Source of the DNA: Candidatus Micrarchaeota archaeon
GTDB lineage: Archaea > Micrarchaeota > Micrarchaeia > Anstonellales > Bilamarchaeaceae
Direction: 5' to 3'
Length of the DNA: 64,000 bases
Assembly: GCA_016926175.1 (NCBI GenBank)
Contig: JAFGPA010000031.1
Coordinates: 7,075 to 71,074, forward strand
Shown here: one piece after another, positions 48,364 to 57,770 of the stretch
Layout: each line of letters opens with the position of its first letter
Numbering within the stretch: the first letter of the stretch is position 1
The notes under the pieces: model-generated
Told to the model about the DNA's origin: nothing
Databases searched by the model: none
Seen by the model: only the letters and a program-made list of their open reading frames with translations
Program-made: the position numbers and the translations under genes

Positions 48364-49066
48364 TCCATCCAGATATCACAGCAGACATTTTCCTGAAATG
48401 TTCCGGATCTCTGAAAAAATGGTCTGCGCCTTCAACAACAACCAGTCTTTTTTCTTCGCTTCCCAAAGAAAATATCAGGTTTTCTGCATGGGAAATGTGA
48501 ACTGTGGCATCCAGATTCCCATGAACTACAAGGGCCGGCGAGGTTATAGCAGCTGCTATCCGTCGCATGTCATATTTTTTCGCATCCTCATAAACATCGT
48601 AATGCCATTTTCTGCTGAAAGGCTGCAGATAGCCTTTTCTTTGCCATTCCTTTATGCCGTTTTCGCCAAGCCTCCACTTCCAGAGCTCCAATGGCAAAAA
48701 CACCGGACATTTGAGGGCAATAACATCTGGCTGCCTCTGGCTTGCAACAATCAGGGACACCGGCCCCGTAAAGCTTGAACCGTCAAGGCCAATTTTTTCA
48801 TATCTGGATGCTGCATAATCATAGACTGCATTAAGGGAATCAACTGCCTTTGAAGTTGTAAGGTGCTCGATATCACCTTCACTTTCCCCATGGCCATACA
48901 TGTCGTATGAAATTGTTGATATTCCGGCCTGGTTAAGCAACCTGCTTACTTCTAAGTTCGTTCTGCTGTCCTTATTGGAGAGATAGCCGTGTGATAATAT
49001 GGCGACAGATTTTCCATGAGCCTGCTCTTTCAGTGCAACCTTTCCGCTTTTGGATTCAATAAACAT
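48338..49066 (-). CDS. Alpha/beta-fold hydrolase
   Basis: ILSHGYLSNKDS, HGESEG, VVHGNLDATV and GADHFF fit the layout of a serine hydrolase or dienelactone-hydrolase-like protein. The nucleophile elbow is atypical (GSSFTG). Confidence 0.7.
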   Translation of the reverse strand: MFIESKSGKVALKEQAHGKSVAILSHGYLSNKDSRTNLEVSRLLNQAGISTISYDMYGHGESEGDIEHLTTSKAVDSLNAVYDYAASRYEKIGLDGSSFTGPVSLIVASQRQPDVIALKCPVFLPLELWKWRLGENGIKEWQRKGYLQPFSRKWHYDVYEDAKKYDMRRIAAAITSPALVVHGNLDATVHISHAENLIFSLGSEEKRLVVVEGADHFFRDPEHFRKMSAVISGWITDHLGSQ

Positions 49067-49117
49067 GCAATAAAAATCTTGGAAAAAGTACTAAAACCTA
49101 GCTAAAGAAACAGTTTT

Positions 49118-49273
49118 ATGGAAGTGAAGGTCTGTCCCAGATGCAAGAAGCCTGTGGAAGCAAAGGATTACGGCACCAGCCTAACTATTTTATGGGGCGG
49201 ACTGGACCCAAAGTTCAGATGCAGCAAATGCAGATACAGCGGCCCACTGATAGTTCTCAGTGATGAAGAGTAA
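49118..49273 (+). CDS. Small zinc-ribbon protein (51 aa)
   Basis: Own translation; the ORF is below the track's length cutoff. MEVKVCPRCKKPVEAKDYGTSLTILWGGLDPKFRCSKCRYSGPLIVLSDEE has two CxxC pairs. Confidence 0.5.
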   Translation: MEVKVCPRCKKPVEAKDYGTSLTILWGGLDPKFRCSKCRYSGPLIVLSDEE

Positions 49274-50569
49274 TCATTTTGGCTTATAGTGTCCCCATTT
49301 TTTCAATGCCAGTGCCAGTTGGGGGCTTTTCCCTGCCTTTTCTTCCAGCGTAATGCCATCCATCGTTGCTTCTATTGCCTGCATGGCAGCCTCTGCACCT
49401 GCCCTCGTCCCCTTTGGATGGCCGTGTATTCCTCCGCTCACAAGCAAAACGAGCTCATTGCCATAGATATTCATAACGTCCGGAACCAGACCCGGGTGCA
49501 GGCCTCCGGATGAAACCGGAAATGCACTTTTTATTTTTCCCCAGTTCTGATCCAGCAGAAGCTTGCCATGTGCCTTTACATGTTTTTCCCTGAGGGTATC
49601 GGCAATTGCCTTTGCTTCATCTTTTGTACCAACCAATTTTCCAACCGCAGTTCCGGAATGGATCTGCGAAACTCCAATAAGGCGCATTATTTTGGCAAGG
49701 AACTGCATCGTTATGCCGTGTTTTGGATTTCTGTCAAATGCCGCATGCATTGCACGGTGCGCATGGATTGCAAGGCCAAGATCAGAGCAATAGTCCCTCA
49801 AGGTATGGACCGATGCATTTCCTGTGACCACAACATCAATCATTGCATAATTCCATCCATATTCGGCAAGCATTTTTGCCCGTTTCTTCATTTCTTCGGT
49901 TTCAGCAGTAATATTGATGAATGCGGATTTTCTTTCTCCGGTCTCTTTTTCCGCCTTGTCCCGCATCCGGGCCATCATCTTTACCCGGTCTGAAAAACTA
50001 TTGAAGCTTGTTGAAGTAAGGTTCTCATCATCCTTTACAAAATCAAAACCGCCCATCCAGGTTTCATAGCCGATTTTTGCATGCTCTGCCGCACTAAATC
50101 CTATCTTCGGCTTTGGAACTGCTCCTGTCAGAGGCCTTTTGTATACTCCCATCATGCGCCTGATGCCATCATTCCCAAAATGGGGGCCTTTGAAATGCCT
50201 GATATAGCTTTGTGGCAGGGAAACGTCTATCAGCCTCAGATTCTTCACGGATTTCATGCCGAATATGTTTCCTGCTATGCCTGAAAGCAGCTGGCAAAGG
50301 TTGCCGTTTTCCCAGAGTCCGGACGGATATGCGACCCTGGCATAATTTCCATCAACATGATATGCAATTGACTGAAGCTTTTTCATCCTTGGAGGGAGCT
50401 TGTACAGAGTAGTCCAGGTACCTGTTGAACTCTCTGAAGCGATTCTTCCTATTGTTTCCTTGATAGTCATGCCTGCCATAGGTTCAAAATAAAACAAGCA
50501 TACAAGGTCGTCCTTTGCAGGCGAATATTTAAAATCTACAAATTCACCATACCAGTCTATTTTTGCCAT
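49274..50569 (-). CDS. rbcL: Ribulose-1,5-bisphosphate carboxylase large subunit, form III-like
   Basis: GTWTT, KPKIG, GGFDFVKDDENL (carbamylated Lys region), HAHRAMHAA, SGGLHPG and GGIHGHP. 431 aa, with no small-subunit gene nearby. Confidence 0.93.
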   Translation of the reverse strand: MAKIDWYGEFVDFKYSPAKDDLVCLFYFEPMAGMTIKETIGRIASESSTGTWTTLYKLPPRMKKLQSIAYHVDGNYARVAYPSGLWENGNLCQLLSGIAGNIFGMKSVKNLRLIDVSLPQSYIRHFKGPHFGNDGIRRMMGVYKRPLTGAVPKPKIGFSAAEHAKIGYETWMGGFDFVKDDENLTSTSFNSFSDRVKMMARMRDKAEKETGERKSAFINITAETEEMKKRAKMLAEYGWNYAMIDVVVTGNASVHTLRDYCSDLGLAIHAHRAMHAAFDRNPKHGITMQFLAKIMRLIGVSQIHSGTAVGKLVGTKDEAKAIADTLREKHVKAHGKLLLDQNWGKIKSAFPVSSGGLHPGLVPDVMNIYGNELVLLVSGGIHGHPKGTRAGAEAAMQAIEATMDGITLEEKAGKSPQLALALKKWGHYKPK

Positions 50570-50600
50570 GCATCTAAGAATCAGATAAAAAATATAAACC

Positions 50601-51002
50601 TCATGTACGCTTTTTTTCCATCTGCCGCAACGCGTCCAAAGGCAGAAGAGCGCATTTCATTCTTGAAGGATTTTTGGAAAGATCTATTTTCAAAAGCTTG
50701 AGAACATCGTCTTTTTCTATTTCTTTTATCTCTTCAATAGTTTTCCCTTTCAGGTACTCTGTGAACAACGAAGCGCTTGCCTGGCTTATAACACATCCTT
50801 TTCCGATGAACGTTGCATTCTCCACTTTTCCATTTTCCATCTTCAGAAAAAGAGTTATCATATCCCCGCAGACAGCATTATAGACATGTGCCTTATATTC
50901 TGTTTCCATCTCTCCGTAGTTTTTCGGATTCTTGTAAAGTTCTATAAGGAATTCCCGGTAGATGTCCATGAGATCACTTGAATAGTTTTTTGGCCTTGCC
51001 AA
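50601..51002 (-). CDS. sufU: SufU-type Fe-S cluster assembly sulfur-transfer protein
   Basis: NAVCGDMITL, GKGCVISQAS and RMKCALLPLDAL provide the three Cys plus Asp ligands. The long spacing between Cys2 and Cys3 and the absence of LPPVK favour SufU over IscU. An alternative ATG lies at 50969. Confidence 0.85.
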   Translation of the reverse strand: MARPKNYSSDLMDIYREFLIELYKNPKNYGEMETEYKAHVYNAVCGDMITLFLKMENGKVENATFIGKGCVISQASASLFTEYLKGKTIEEIKEIEKDDVLKLLKIDLSKNPSRMKCALLPLDALRQMEKKRT

Positions 51003-52170
51003 GGGATTCTGCCAGCAAGTCTATCTCCTCTTTTTTGTTGTAGATGTAAAGGCTGGCCCTTGTGCTTGCCACGATTTTCAGCCTGTTGTGCAATGGCATT
51101 GCACAGTGATGCCCGCTGCGCACGCAGATGTTATCCTCATTGAGTATTGCAGCGACATCGTGAGGATGCACATTGTCAAGCGTGAATGCGGCCAAAGGCC
51201 CTCTTTTGTTTACATCCATGGGCCCTAGAATATCAAGGGCTTCCACTTCGCCGAGCCTCTTGAGCATGTAAGCAGTAAGTTTTTTCTCATATTCCTGAAT
51301 ACCATCAAAGCCTATTTTTTCCAGATAGTCAATTGCCACTGACAAGCCTGCAACAGCTTCCGGATTCGGGGTTCCTGATTCGAATTTGTGCGGTATTGAA
51401 TTCCAGGTGGATTTTTCCTTTGTGACCTCCCGGATCATTTCGCTTCCATAAAAGAACGGATCCATTTTCTCAAGCAGTTCCTCTTTGCCATAGAGTACTC
51501 CAACCCCAAACGGGGCAAGCATCTTATGGCCCGAAAAGCCAAGAAAATCGCAGCCGATATCCTTTACATCTGTTTTGTTGGAAGGCACATACTGCGCCCC
51601 GTCAACAAAGCATACTGCGCCTTCATCATGGGCCATGGCGGATATTTTCCTTACGTCATTCTTTGTGCCAAGGACATTTGATGCTGCGCTCACTGCAACA
51701 AAATCCGCACCTTTTATTTTCTTTTCAAGATCGGCTTGGTCCAATAGCCCTTCATCCGTGATGTCAACAACCTGGAACTCAGCACCTGTTTTCTGCGCAA
51801 GGACCTGCCACGGCACAAAATTGCTGTGATGGTCCATTGCAGTGACAACAATTTTTTTCCTTATGAATTTCTCATAGCCGCGCATTACAAGGTTGCAGCC
51901 TTCTGTCGTGTTCTTTGTGAAAATCACTTCATTGGGATTTGAGTTGATGAATGCGGCGGTTTTTTCCCTGGTTGCCTCATATGACATGGTGGCTTCTTCT
52001 GCCAGGGTGTAAAGCCCGCGGGCAATGTTGCTGTTCCTTTTTTTGTAGAAGTCGCAGATCTCATCGATTACCTGAATGGGCTTCTGGGTTGTTGCTGCAG
52101 AATCAAGATAGACTACAGTTTCAAGAATCGGAAAGTCCTTTCTTATTTTTTCAATATTCATAGCCATCAT
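50974..52170 (-). CDS. sufS: Cysteine desulfurase SufS
   Basis: SGHKMLAPFGVG (PLP Lys) and RSGHHCAMP (catalytic Cys). 398 aa. Confidence 0.92.
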   Translation of the reverse strand: MMAMNIEKIRKDFPILETVVYLDSAATTQKPIQVIDEICDFYKKRNSNIARGLYTLAEEATMSYEATREKTAAFINSNPNEVIFTKNTTEGCNLVMRGYEKFIRKKIVVTAMDHHSNFVPWQVLAQKTGAEFQVVDITDEGLLDQADLEKKIKGADFVAVSAASNVLGTKNDVRKISAMAHDEGAVCFVDGAQYVPSNKTDVKDIGCDFLGFSGHKMLAPFGVGVLYGKEELLEKMDPFFYGSEMIREVTKEKSTWNSIPHKFESGTPNPEAVAGLSVAIDYLEKIGFDGIQEYEKKLTAYMLKRLGEVEALDILGPMDVNKRGPLAAFTLDNVHPHDVAAILNEDNICVRSGHHCAMPLHNRLKIVASTRASLYIYNKKEEIDLLAESLGKAKKLFK

Positions 52171-52913
52171 TTCAGTATTGATGAATATCCTGCTTCCTCA
52201 ATTTTATTCGCAAGCAATGCATCGCCCGACTGCACTATCCTGCCGTTTGCAAGAATATGAACCCTGTCTGGTTTGATATATTTTAGTATTCTTGGATAAT
52301 GGGTGATGATGATGAACGCCCGTGAACCGTCATTTAGTCCGGAAATTGCATTGGCAATAAGCTTTATTCCGTCAACATCAAGACCGGAATCGACCTCATC
52401 AAGTATTATCATCTTCGGTTTAAGCGAAAGCATCTGAAGTATCTCTGACCTTTTTTTCTCTCCGCCTGAAAAGCCGACATTCAGTTCCCGGGTGACAAAA
52501 CTTTTGTCCATCCCAAGCTTCTCTGCATTTGCAACCAGCTCATCCTGGATTTTTATCATTTCATCGAGATCGCCATCATTTGCCAGCGCTTTTCTTATAA
52601 CATTGCTTACTTTGACCCCTTCAATTTCCTCGGGAAACTGAAACGCAAGAAACAATCCGGCCTTTGCCCTTTCATCGGCAGCCAGATTCACAAGCTCCTT
52701 TGAATCAAGTTTGATGCTCCCGGAAACTTTCAGCTTTGGATGACCCATCAGTGCTTCAGCAAATGAACTTTTGCCGGCGCCGTTCGGGCCCATGAGTGCA
52801 TGAATCTCGCCGGGCATTATTCTAAGGTCAATTCCTTTGAGAATCTCCCTGTCATCTGCGAATACTTTTAAGTGCGAAATCTCAAACATTGATGATTTGT
52901 TGGGGGAAAACAT
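52167..52913 (-). CDS. sufC: Fe-S cluster assembly ATPase SufC
   Basis: GPNGAGKSS, FSGGEKKR and ILDEVDSGLD. An alternative ATG at 52889 (MFEISHLKV) lies about 25 nt downstream of a TATA-like TTTTATAAA, so the mRNA may be leaderless. Confidence 0.92.
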   Translation of the reverse strand: MFSPNKSSMFEISHLKVFADDREILKGIDLRIMPGEIHALMGPNGAGKSSFAEALMGHPKLKVSGSIKLDSKELVNLAADERAKAGLFLAFQFPEEIEGVKVSNVIRKALANDGDLDEMIKIQDELVANAEKLGMDKSFVTRELNVGFSGGEKKRSEILQMLSLKPKMIILDEVDSGLDVDGIKLIANAISGLNDGSRAFIIITHYPRILKYIKPDRVHILANGRIVQSGDALLANKIEEAGYSSILK

Positions 52914-52971
52914 TTATAAAAGGAATTTAGGTCTGCCTAACTATTTAAACTTTGGCAGAAATAATCAGAGA

Positions 52972-54360
52972 ATGGAGGATCTTTTCAGCTATAAAAAATA
53001 TCAGAAAAGCGACGATATCCGATATAAACTCATTACAAAAAAAGGCCTTGACAAGAATATAGTAAAAACCATTTCAGAAATAAAGGAAGAGCCGGAATGG
53101 ATGGCTGCGCTCAGGCTAAAGGCATATGAAGTTTTCATGAAAAAGCCCATGCCAAAATGGGGCCCTGACCTGAGCAGTATAGATTTTGACGATCTCCACT
53201 ACTATGCCAGCCCTGTAGATGGGAAAACAGATGTCTGGGAGGATGTACCTGAAGAGATAAAGAAAACGTTTGACCGTATAGGGGTCTCTGAGGCAGAAAG
53301 AAAATTCCTTGGCGGCTCAACTGCACAGTATGATTCCGAAGTCGTCTACCATAACCTGAAAAAGGAATGGGAGGACCTTGGAGTTGTTTTCCTTGACATG
53401 GATTCCGGCCTGAAGGAATATCCTGAGATCGTGAAAAAATATTTTGGAACCGTAGTGCCTGTTACCGACAATAAATTCGCTGCACTGAATTCAGCTGTCT
53501 GGTCAGGAGGAAGCTTCATTTATGTTCCAGCGGGGGTGGAAGTGAAAATTCCGCTGCAGGCATATTTCAGGATCAATGTCAGGGATGTCGGGCAATTTGA
53601 AAGAACAATGATAATAGCGGAAGAAGGCTCAAAAGTCTCATATATTGAAGGCTGTTCTGCACCCATATATTCTTCAGGATCCTTGCATTCTGCAGTTGTT
53701 GAGATAATTGCAAAAAGGAACTCCTACATAAGATATACCACGATACAGAACTGGTCAGATAATGTTTACAACCTTGTCACCAAACGCTCTCATGCTTATG
53801 ATAACGCAGCTGTTGAATGGATTGATGGAAACATAGGCTCCAGGATTACCATGAAATATCCCGCAATAATTCTCAAAGGAGAAGGCGCAAGGGGGGAAGT
53901 GATATCTGTTGCTTATGCAGGAAAGGGCCAGATTCAGGACACTGGCGCAAAAATAATCCATCAGGCTTCCAATACCACCTCCAGGATCATTTCAAAGGGG
54001 ATCGTCCAGAATGGAGGAAAAAGCGCCTACCGTGGACTTGTAAAGGTGCTTAACGGGGCAAAGAACTGCAAGGCATTCGTACAATGCGACGCATACCTGC
54101 TTGATGAAGAATCAGTTTCAGATACCTATCCTACGATTGAAATTGACGACGACAGCACCACAATAGGCCATGAAGCAAAAGTCGGCAAAATAGCTGATGA
54201 TAAATTATTTTATCTTATGAGCCGGGGGTTCCCGGAAAAAGAGGCAATGAAAATGGTTGTTCTTGGATTTATGGAAACATTCACAAGAGAACTGCCGATG
54301 GAGTACGCAATTGAGCTTAACAGGCTGGTTGAAATGCAGCTGGAAGGCGCGGTTGGTTAA
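52972..54360 (+). CDS. sufB: Fe-S cluster assembly scaffold SufB
   Basis: ORF 52837..54360. The ATG at 52972 (MEDLFSYKKYQ) avoids overlap with the divergent sufC. The UPF0051 pattern is typical for SufB (FERTMIIAEEGSKVSYIEGCSAP..., YLMSRGFPEKEA). Confidence 0.92.
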   Translation: MEDLFSYKKYQKSDDIRYKLITKKGLDKNIVKTISEIKEEPEWMAALRLKAYEVFMKKPMPKWGPDLSSIDFDDLHYYASPVDGKTDVWEDVPEEIKKTFDRIGVSEAERKFLGGSTAQYDSEVVYHNLKKEWEDLGVVFLDMDSGLKEYPEIVKKYFGTVVPVTDNKFAALNSAVWSGGSFIYVPAGVEVKIPLQAYFRINVRDVGQFERTMIIAEEGSKVSYIEGCSAPIYSSGSLHSAVVEIIAKRNSYIRYTTIQNWSDNVYNLVTKRSHAYDNAAVEWIDGNIGSRITMKYPAIILKGEGARGEVISVAYAGKGQIQDTGAKIIHQASNTTSRIISKGIVQNGGKSAYRGLVKVLNGAKNCKAFVQCDAYLLDEESVSDTYPTIEIDDDSTTIGHEAKVGKIADDKLFYLMSRGFPEKEAMKMVVLGFMETFTRELPMEYAIELNRLVEMQLEGAVG

Positions 54361-55067
54361 ACGTCACTGAACATGTAAAGATTTTCAGAGCCGTATGATA
54401 AATGAAATGCCCCGTTAATACCTGTTTTTGGTGAAATGTAAAGCCTGTAGGCCCTTTCATCTTCGCCAGCTATAATAAGAGTATAATCCCTGTCCGCCTC
54501 ATCACTAAAGCGTACAATGAATTTAACTTTTTCTGCAAATTTCTTGCAGCTGAAATCATCGCAGTGGCAAAGCGCAAGCTTTTCCCTGAAATCCTCAATC
54601 CCGGAATAAGAGAATTTTGCTGGCAACTGCATTGCCTGTTTTGCAACTGACTGGATAGTTCCAAGTTCTCCAGTTGTAATTGCACTGAGGTACATTCTTT
54701 TGCCTTCATTGTCCAGTATGCATCTTTTCCTGAAATCAACAGACATAAGGCCCGGGGCAATTTCATAGATATTTTCCGGAGATTTATTGGTAAGCACAAA
54801 AAGGCTGCCTCTTGTTCTCAGGGCAATGAACCTGAAGCCCTTTACTTCAAGCGATGTCATGCCCTTGAGATGATCAACAAATGCACGGTAGTTGAGTCCT
54901 ATGCCTTCATCGTGAATGACTTTGCAGGATGCCAGTTTGGCCCGTATTTCGCTCAATTTGCTTCTGGAAAGGTCCAGGCCGTCAAGTGCAGGATCGGGCA
55001 AATGCAATGCCGCAGTGGATTCTGTTTTGTCTTCTCCGGGCCTGCTTTTTGTTTTACTTCCAGTCAT
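54357..55067 (-). CDS. Hypothetical protein inserted antisense between sufB and sufD
   Basis: 236-aa ORF with a convergent 4-nt overlap with the sufB stop. No motif recognised. Confidence 0.55.
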   Translation of the reverse strand: MTGSKTKSRPGEDKTESTAALHLPDPALDGLDLSRSKLSEIRAKLASCKVIHDEGIGLNYRAFVDHLKGMTSLEVKGFRFIALRTRGSLFVLTNKSPENIYEIAPGLMSVDFRKRCILDNEGKRMYLSAITTGELGTIQSVAKQAMQLPAKFSYSGIEDFREKLALCHCDDFSCKKFAEKVKFIVRFSDEADRDYTLIIAGEDERAYRLYISPKTGINGAFHLSYGSENLYMFSDV

Positions 55068-55149
55068 AACTATTTTTTATAACATATAGAATATAAATGT
55101 TTCCATCCCGCTGGATAGGATTATTAAATCAGAACCGCAAATATCTCTC

Positions 55150-55908
55150 ATGGATTTTTCCGGAGATGCAGAGATCGAAGTGCATAATAATTCTGAGGAA
55201 ACCATAATAATCAAACCTCTGGCAAAGACAAATGTCAGAATAAGGATAGGCAGCAACTGCAAAGTCAGCACATATATGATACAGGAAGAAAAAACAGATG
55301 CCGTCCAGGTAAATCATGTAGGCGAGGGTTCTGTTTTGCTTTCCCACTGCCTCTGGCTTAAAGGAGGAAAGGGAAGGGTGGAAAGCATACTCGAGGGAAA
55401 CCGGTCAGAAGCGCATGGCCTGCACATTTTTGTTGAAAAGGAAACGTTCCGCCTTAATACCGTTCTGAGACATATGGGAAAGGACACAAAAGGCGGCATT
55501 CTTGTCAAGGGTGTTGTAAAAGACATGGGCTCTGCAACACTTGATGGAATGATAAAAATAGACAAGAGCGGCTCAGGTGCAGATTCCATACTGAAAGAAC
55601 ATGTGATGCTTTTGAATCCAGGAGCTCATGCAGTAGCAAACCCGGATCTTGAAATTGAAAACAATAATGTAAGCTCAACCCATGCTGCAACGGTTTCACA
55701 GATAGACGACAACAAATTATTTTACCTGGAATCGCGTGGAATTGAAATCCGGGATGCCAAAGTACTTATTGTGAGTGGATTTCTTGAGTCTGGAATAAAC
55801 AATATAAAAGACGGGGAAATGCGAACGGAATTCCTGCAAAAAACATCAGAAAGCCTTGGCTATTCAGATAAGCATGAAAAAACACAGGACAAAAAGCAGG
55901 ACTCCTGA
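55150..55908 (+). CDS. sufD: SufD-like Fe-S assembly protein (short form)
   Basis: 252 aa. The core is SufB/D beta-helix-like, and FYLESRGIEIRDAKVLIVSGF parallels the FYLMSRG motif of SufB. It lacks the N-terminal region of longer SufD proteins. Confidence 0.8.
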   Translation: MDFSGDAEIEVHNNSEETIIIKPLAKTNVRIRIGSNCKVSTYMIQEEKTDAVQVNHVGEGSVLLSHCLWLKGGKGRVESILEGNRSEAHGLHIFVEKETFRLNTVLRHMGKDTKGGILVKGVVKDMGSATLDGMIKIDKSGSGADSILKEHVMLLNPGAHAVANPDLEIENNNVSSTHAATVSQIDDNKLFYLESRGIEIRDAKVLIVSGFLESGINNIKDGEMRTEFLQKTSESLGYSDKHEKTQDKKQDS

Positions 55909-55960
55909 AACAGGGCTGGTCTTCTTTATGCAAATTGCGGAAGCCGGATCTTTAAAGCGG

Positions 55961-56833
55961 CTATGGAATCAGGCATATATTGCCAAAGCACTGGCCAGGC
56001 TCATAACAGAACATATGATCATCCTCAACACAGCACGGGCCATTCAAATAGCCGCAGCCAATGCGTTCAATGAAAACTTCTGTCACAATATAGAAATCGT
56101 TTATTCTGGCTGCCCCAACACCGGCCTCAGTATATTTTTCATTAAGAATATTTTCCCTGTGCAGCGGACTTTCCATCCACCCGGTTACAATTGATTTTTC
56201 AAGTTCAGCCTGTGAAAGATAGCTGAAATTCCATTTTACCCTTTGGGTCTGGTTTGCAAGCACAAGCCGTTTTTCAAGTTCTGCAGAAACATTTTCAATA
56301 TATCTGTCCAGTTTCATGCAATCGGCCTCATCAGCATCATAAGTTGTTCTCCGGTACCATGTGGAGACCAGAATTATATTCTCACCTGATAAAAGAAAGT
56401 AATTGATGGACTGGTTTTTCAGGCGCTCGGCATGAGTTTCGCCGGATACAAAGCCTTCGTGGTGTATCATAGGATAATAGCAAAGCATATCCTGCTCCGT
56501 CAGCAGGGCGTTCTCTTCTGCAAGCTTCCGGCTGTGTTCTCTTGCAACAGATGAGATTTCATCATTCCATGCAAGTTCCGACAATCCGTTCCCGGATCTT
56601 TGCAGATTTACAAGCGCATGGATATTTTTCTCAATTATGCCAGTTTCAGGATCTTTCCAGACATATTCTTCAGCTGGATTTTCCTGCTGCACTCCCGGAG
56701 CAGACAGGATATCCGGCGGGGTTTCGGAGTAGGGCCGCGGTTTCGGACCCGGAAGAAAACCCGAAAGAACCGCTATGACAAGAAGGGCCAGCATTGCCAT
56801 GGCAATGATATTAATGGTTCTTTCAATCTGCAT
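55961..56833 (-). CDS. CAP/SCP (YkwD-like) domain protein with an N-terminal TM anchor
   Basis: AREHSRKLAEEN..., GENI and GWMESPLHRENILNEKYTEAGVGAA are typical of the SCP/PR1-like family. Confidence 0.7.
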   Translation of the reverse strand: MQIERTINIIAMAMLALLVIAVLSGFLPGPKPRPYSETPPDILSAPGVQQENPAEEYVWKDPETGIIEKNIHALVNLQRSGNGLSELAWNDEISSVAREHSRKLAEENALLTEQDMLCYYPMIHHEGFVSGETHAERLKNQSINYFLLSGENIILVSTWYRRTTYDADEADCMKLDRYIENVSAELEKRLVLANQTQRVKWNFSYLSQAELEKSIVTGWMESPLHRENILNEKYTEAGVGAARINDFYIVTEVFIERIGCGYLNGPCCVEDDHMFCYEPGQCFGNICLIP

Positions 56834-56882
56834 AATCAGATCAATAAATGAAGTTATTATAAAAAGGCGATATTGAGAAACA

Positions 56883-57722
56883 ATGGCAAAAAAAGGATAT
56901 TTAATCTTATGCCCTCAAACTACACCAACTATGCAGATACATAAAAGAAGATTGTCCATATTGGCAGAATCAAATCCAGGGCTTTCTGCAGATGAAGGAA
57001 TAATGAAAGCAAACGGAAGAAAAATCGCATCAAATATTGACATTACAAAATCTCTTTTCAGCAGAAATCACTTGATGATAAAAGATTCCCTTCCGTGCTG
57101 GACAGGAACTATGACTGCCTATGAAAAGCCAGACTTTGCATTTGAAAAAACGGTTGAATACAAAGACGGCGCCAAAAGATGGGTCTTTCGCATTCCTGAG
57201 GATTTCATTGGAGAGAAAAATGCAATAGCCATCTGCGAACATCCGGATTTCAAGCTTGAATTTGACGGAAACAGCAGGATTGTCCATCCGCTAAAGGCAG
57301 ATATTGTAAGGAATTTCCCTGCAGAAAACGGTTCATACAAATCAGACCCAGCCTATGATATTCCAATTGCAGAAAAAGCTGAATTTGCATCTGAGGAGGC
57401 CAGGTATCTGGCCAGAACAGAAAAAAGAGTAGGTCTTGTAAAAAGAGCTGCACTGTATGATGGCAATTCATTTGCAATAAGAAAAAACATTTCCCTGGAT
57501 TCCAGGCCGTCACAGCGGCTGGGCATTGCTGTGCATAATGAGGAAGGCGATCCGCCAGTAATACATTTCAAAAGGACACTTCAGGAATTCGTTGTTTTGC
57601 TTGAAGGCACGGATATTGAAGATTTCCGGAGAATTCTGGAAACTGCCAAAAAAGAGCTGGAGGGTATTCCTGAAAACCAGCTTGGTGCAATCCAGAAATT
57701 TATCAAGGCATTCCGAGAGTGA
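56883..57722 (+). CDS. Hypothetical protein
   Basis: 279-aa ORF with no recognisable motif. An alternative ATG lies at 56931. Confidence 0.55.
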   Translation: MAKKGYLILCPQTTPTMQIHKRRLSILAESNPGLSADEGIMKANGRKIASNIDITKSLFSRNHLMIKDSLPCWTGTMTAYEKPDFAFEKTVEYKDGAKRWVFRIPEDFIGEKNAIAICEHPDFKLEFDGNSRIVHPLKADIVRNFPAENGSYKSDPAYDIPIAEKAEFASEEARYLARTEKRVGLVKRAALYDGNSFAIRKNISLDSRPSQRLGIAVHNEEGDPPVIHFKRTLQEFVVLLEGTDIEDFRRILETAKKELEGIPENQLGAIQKFIKAFRE

Positions 57723-57770
57723 TTTTTCAATAATTATCTTTTTAAACAGTTCTACACAAACATATGCTTT

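Noticed and set aside
52837-52971. The N-terminal extension of the sufB ORF in the track overlaps sufC on the other strand. The 24003..24119 extension of the methyltransferase ORF similarly overlaps dinB.
   Set aside because: Internal ATGs at 52972 and 24120 give N-termini typical of the families and remove the implausible overlaps.
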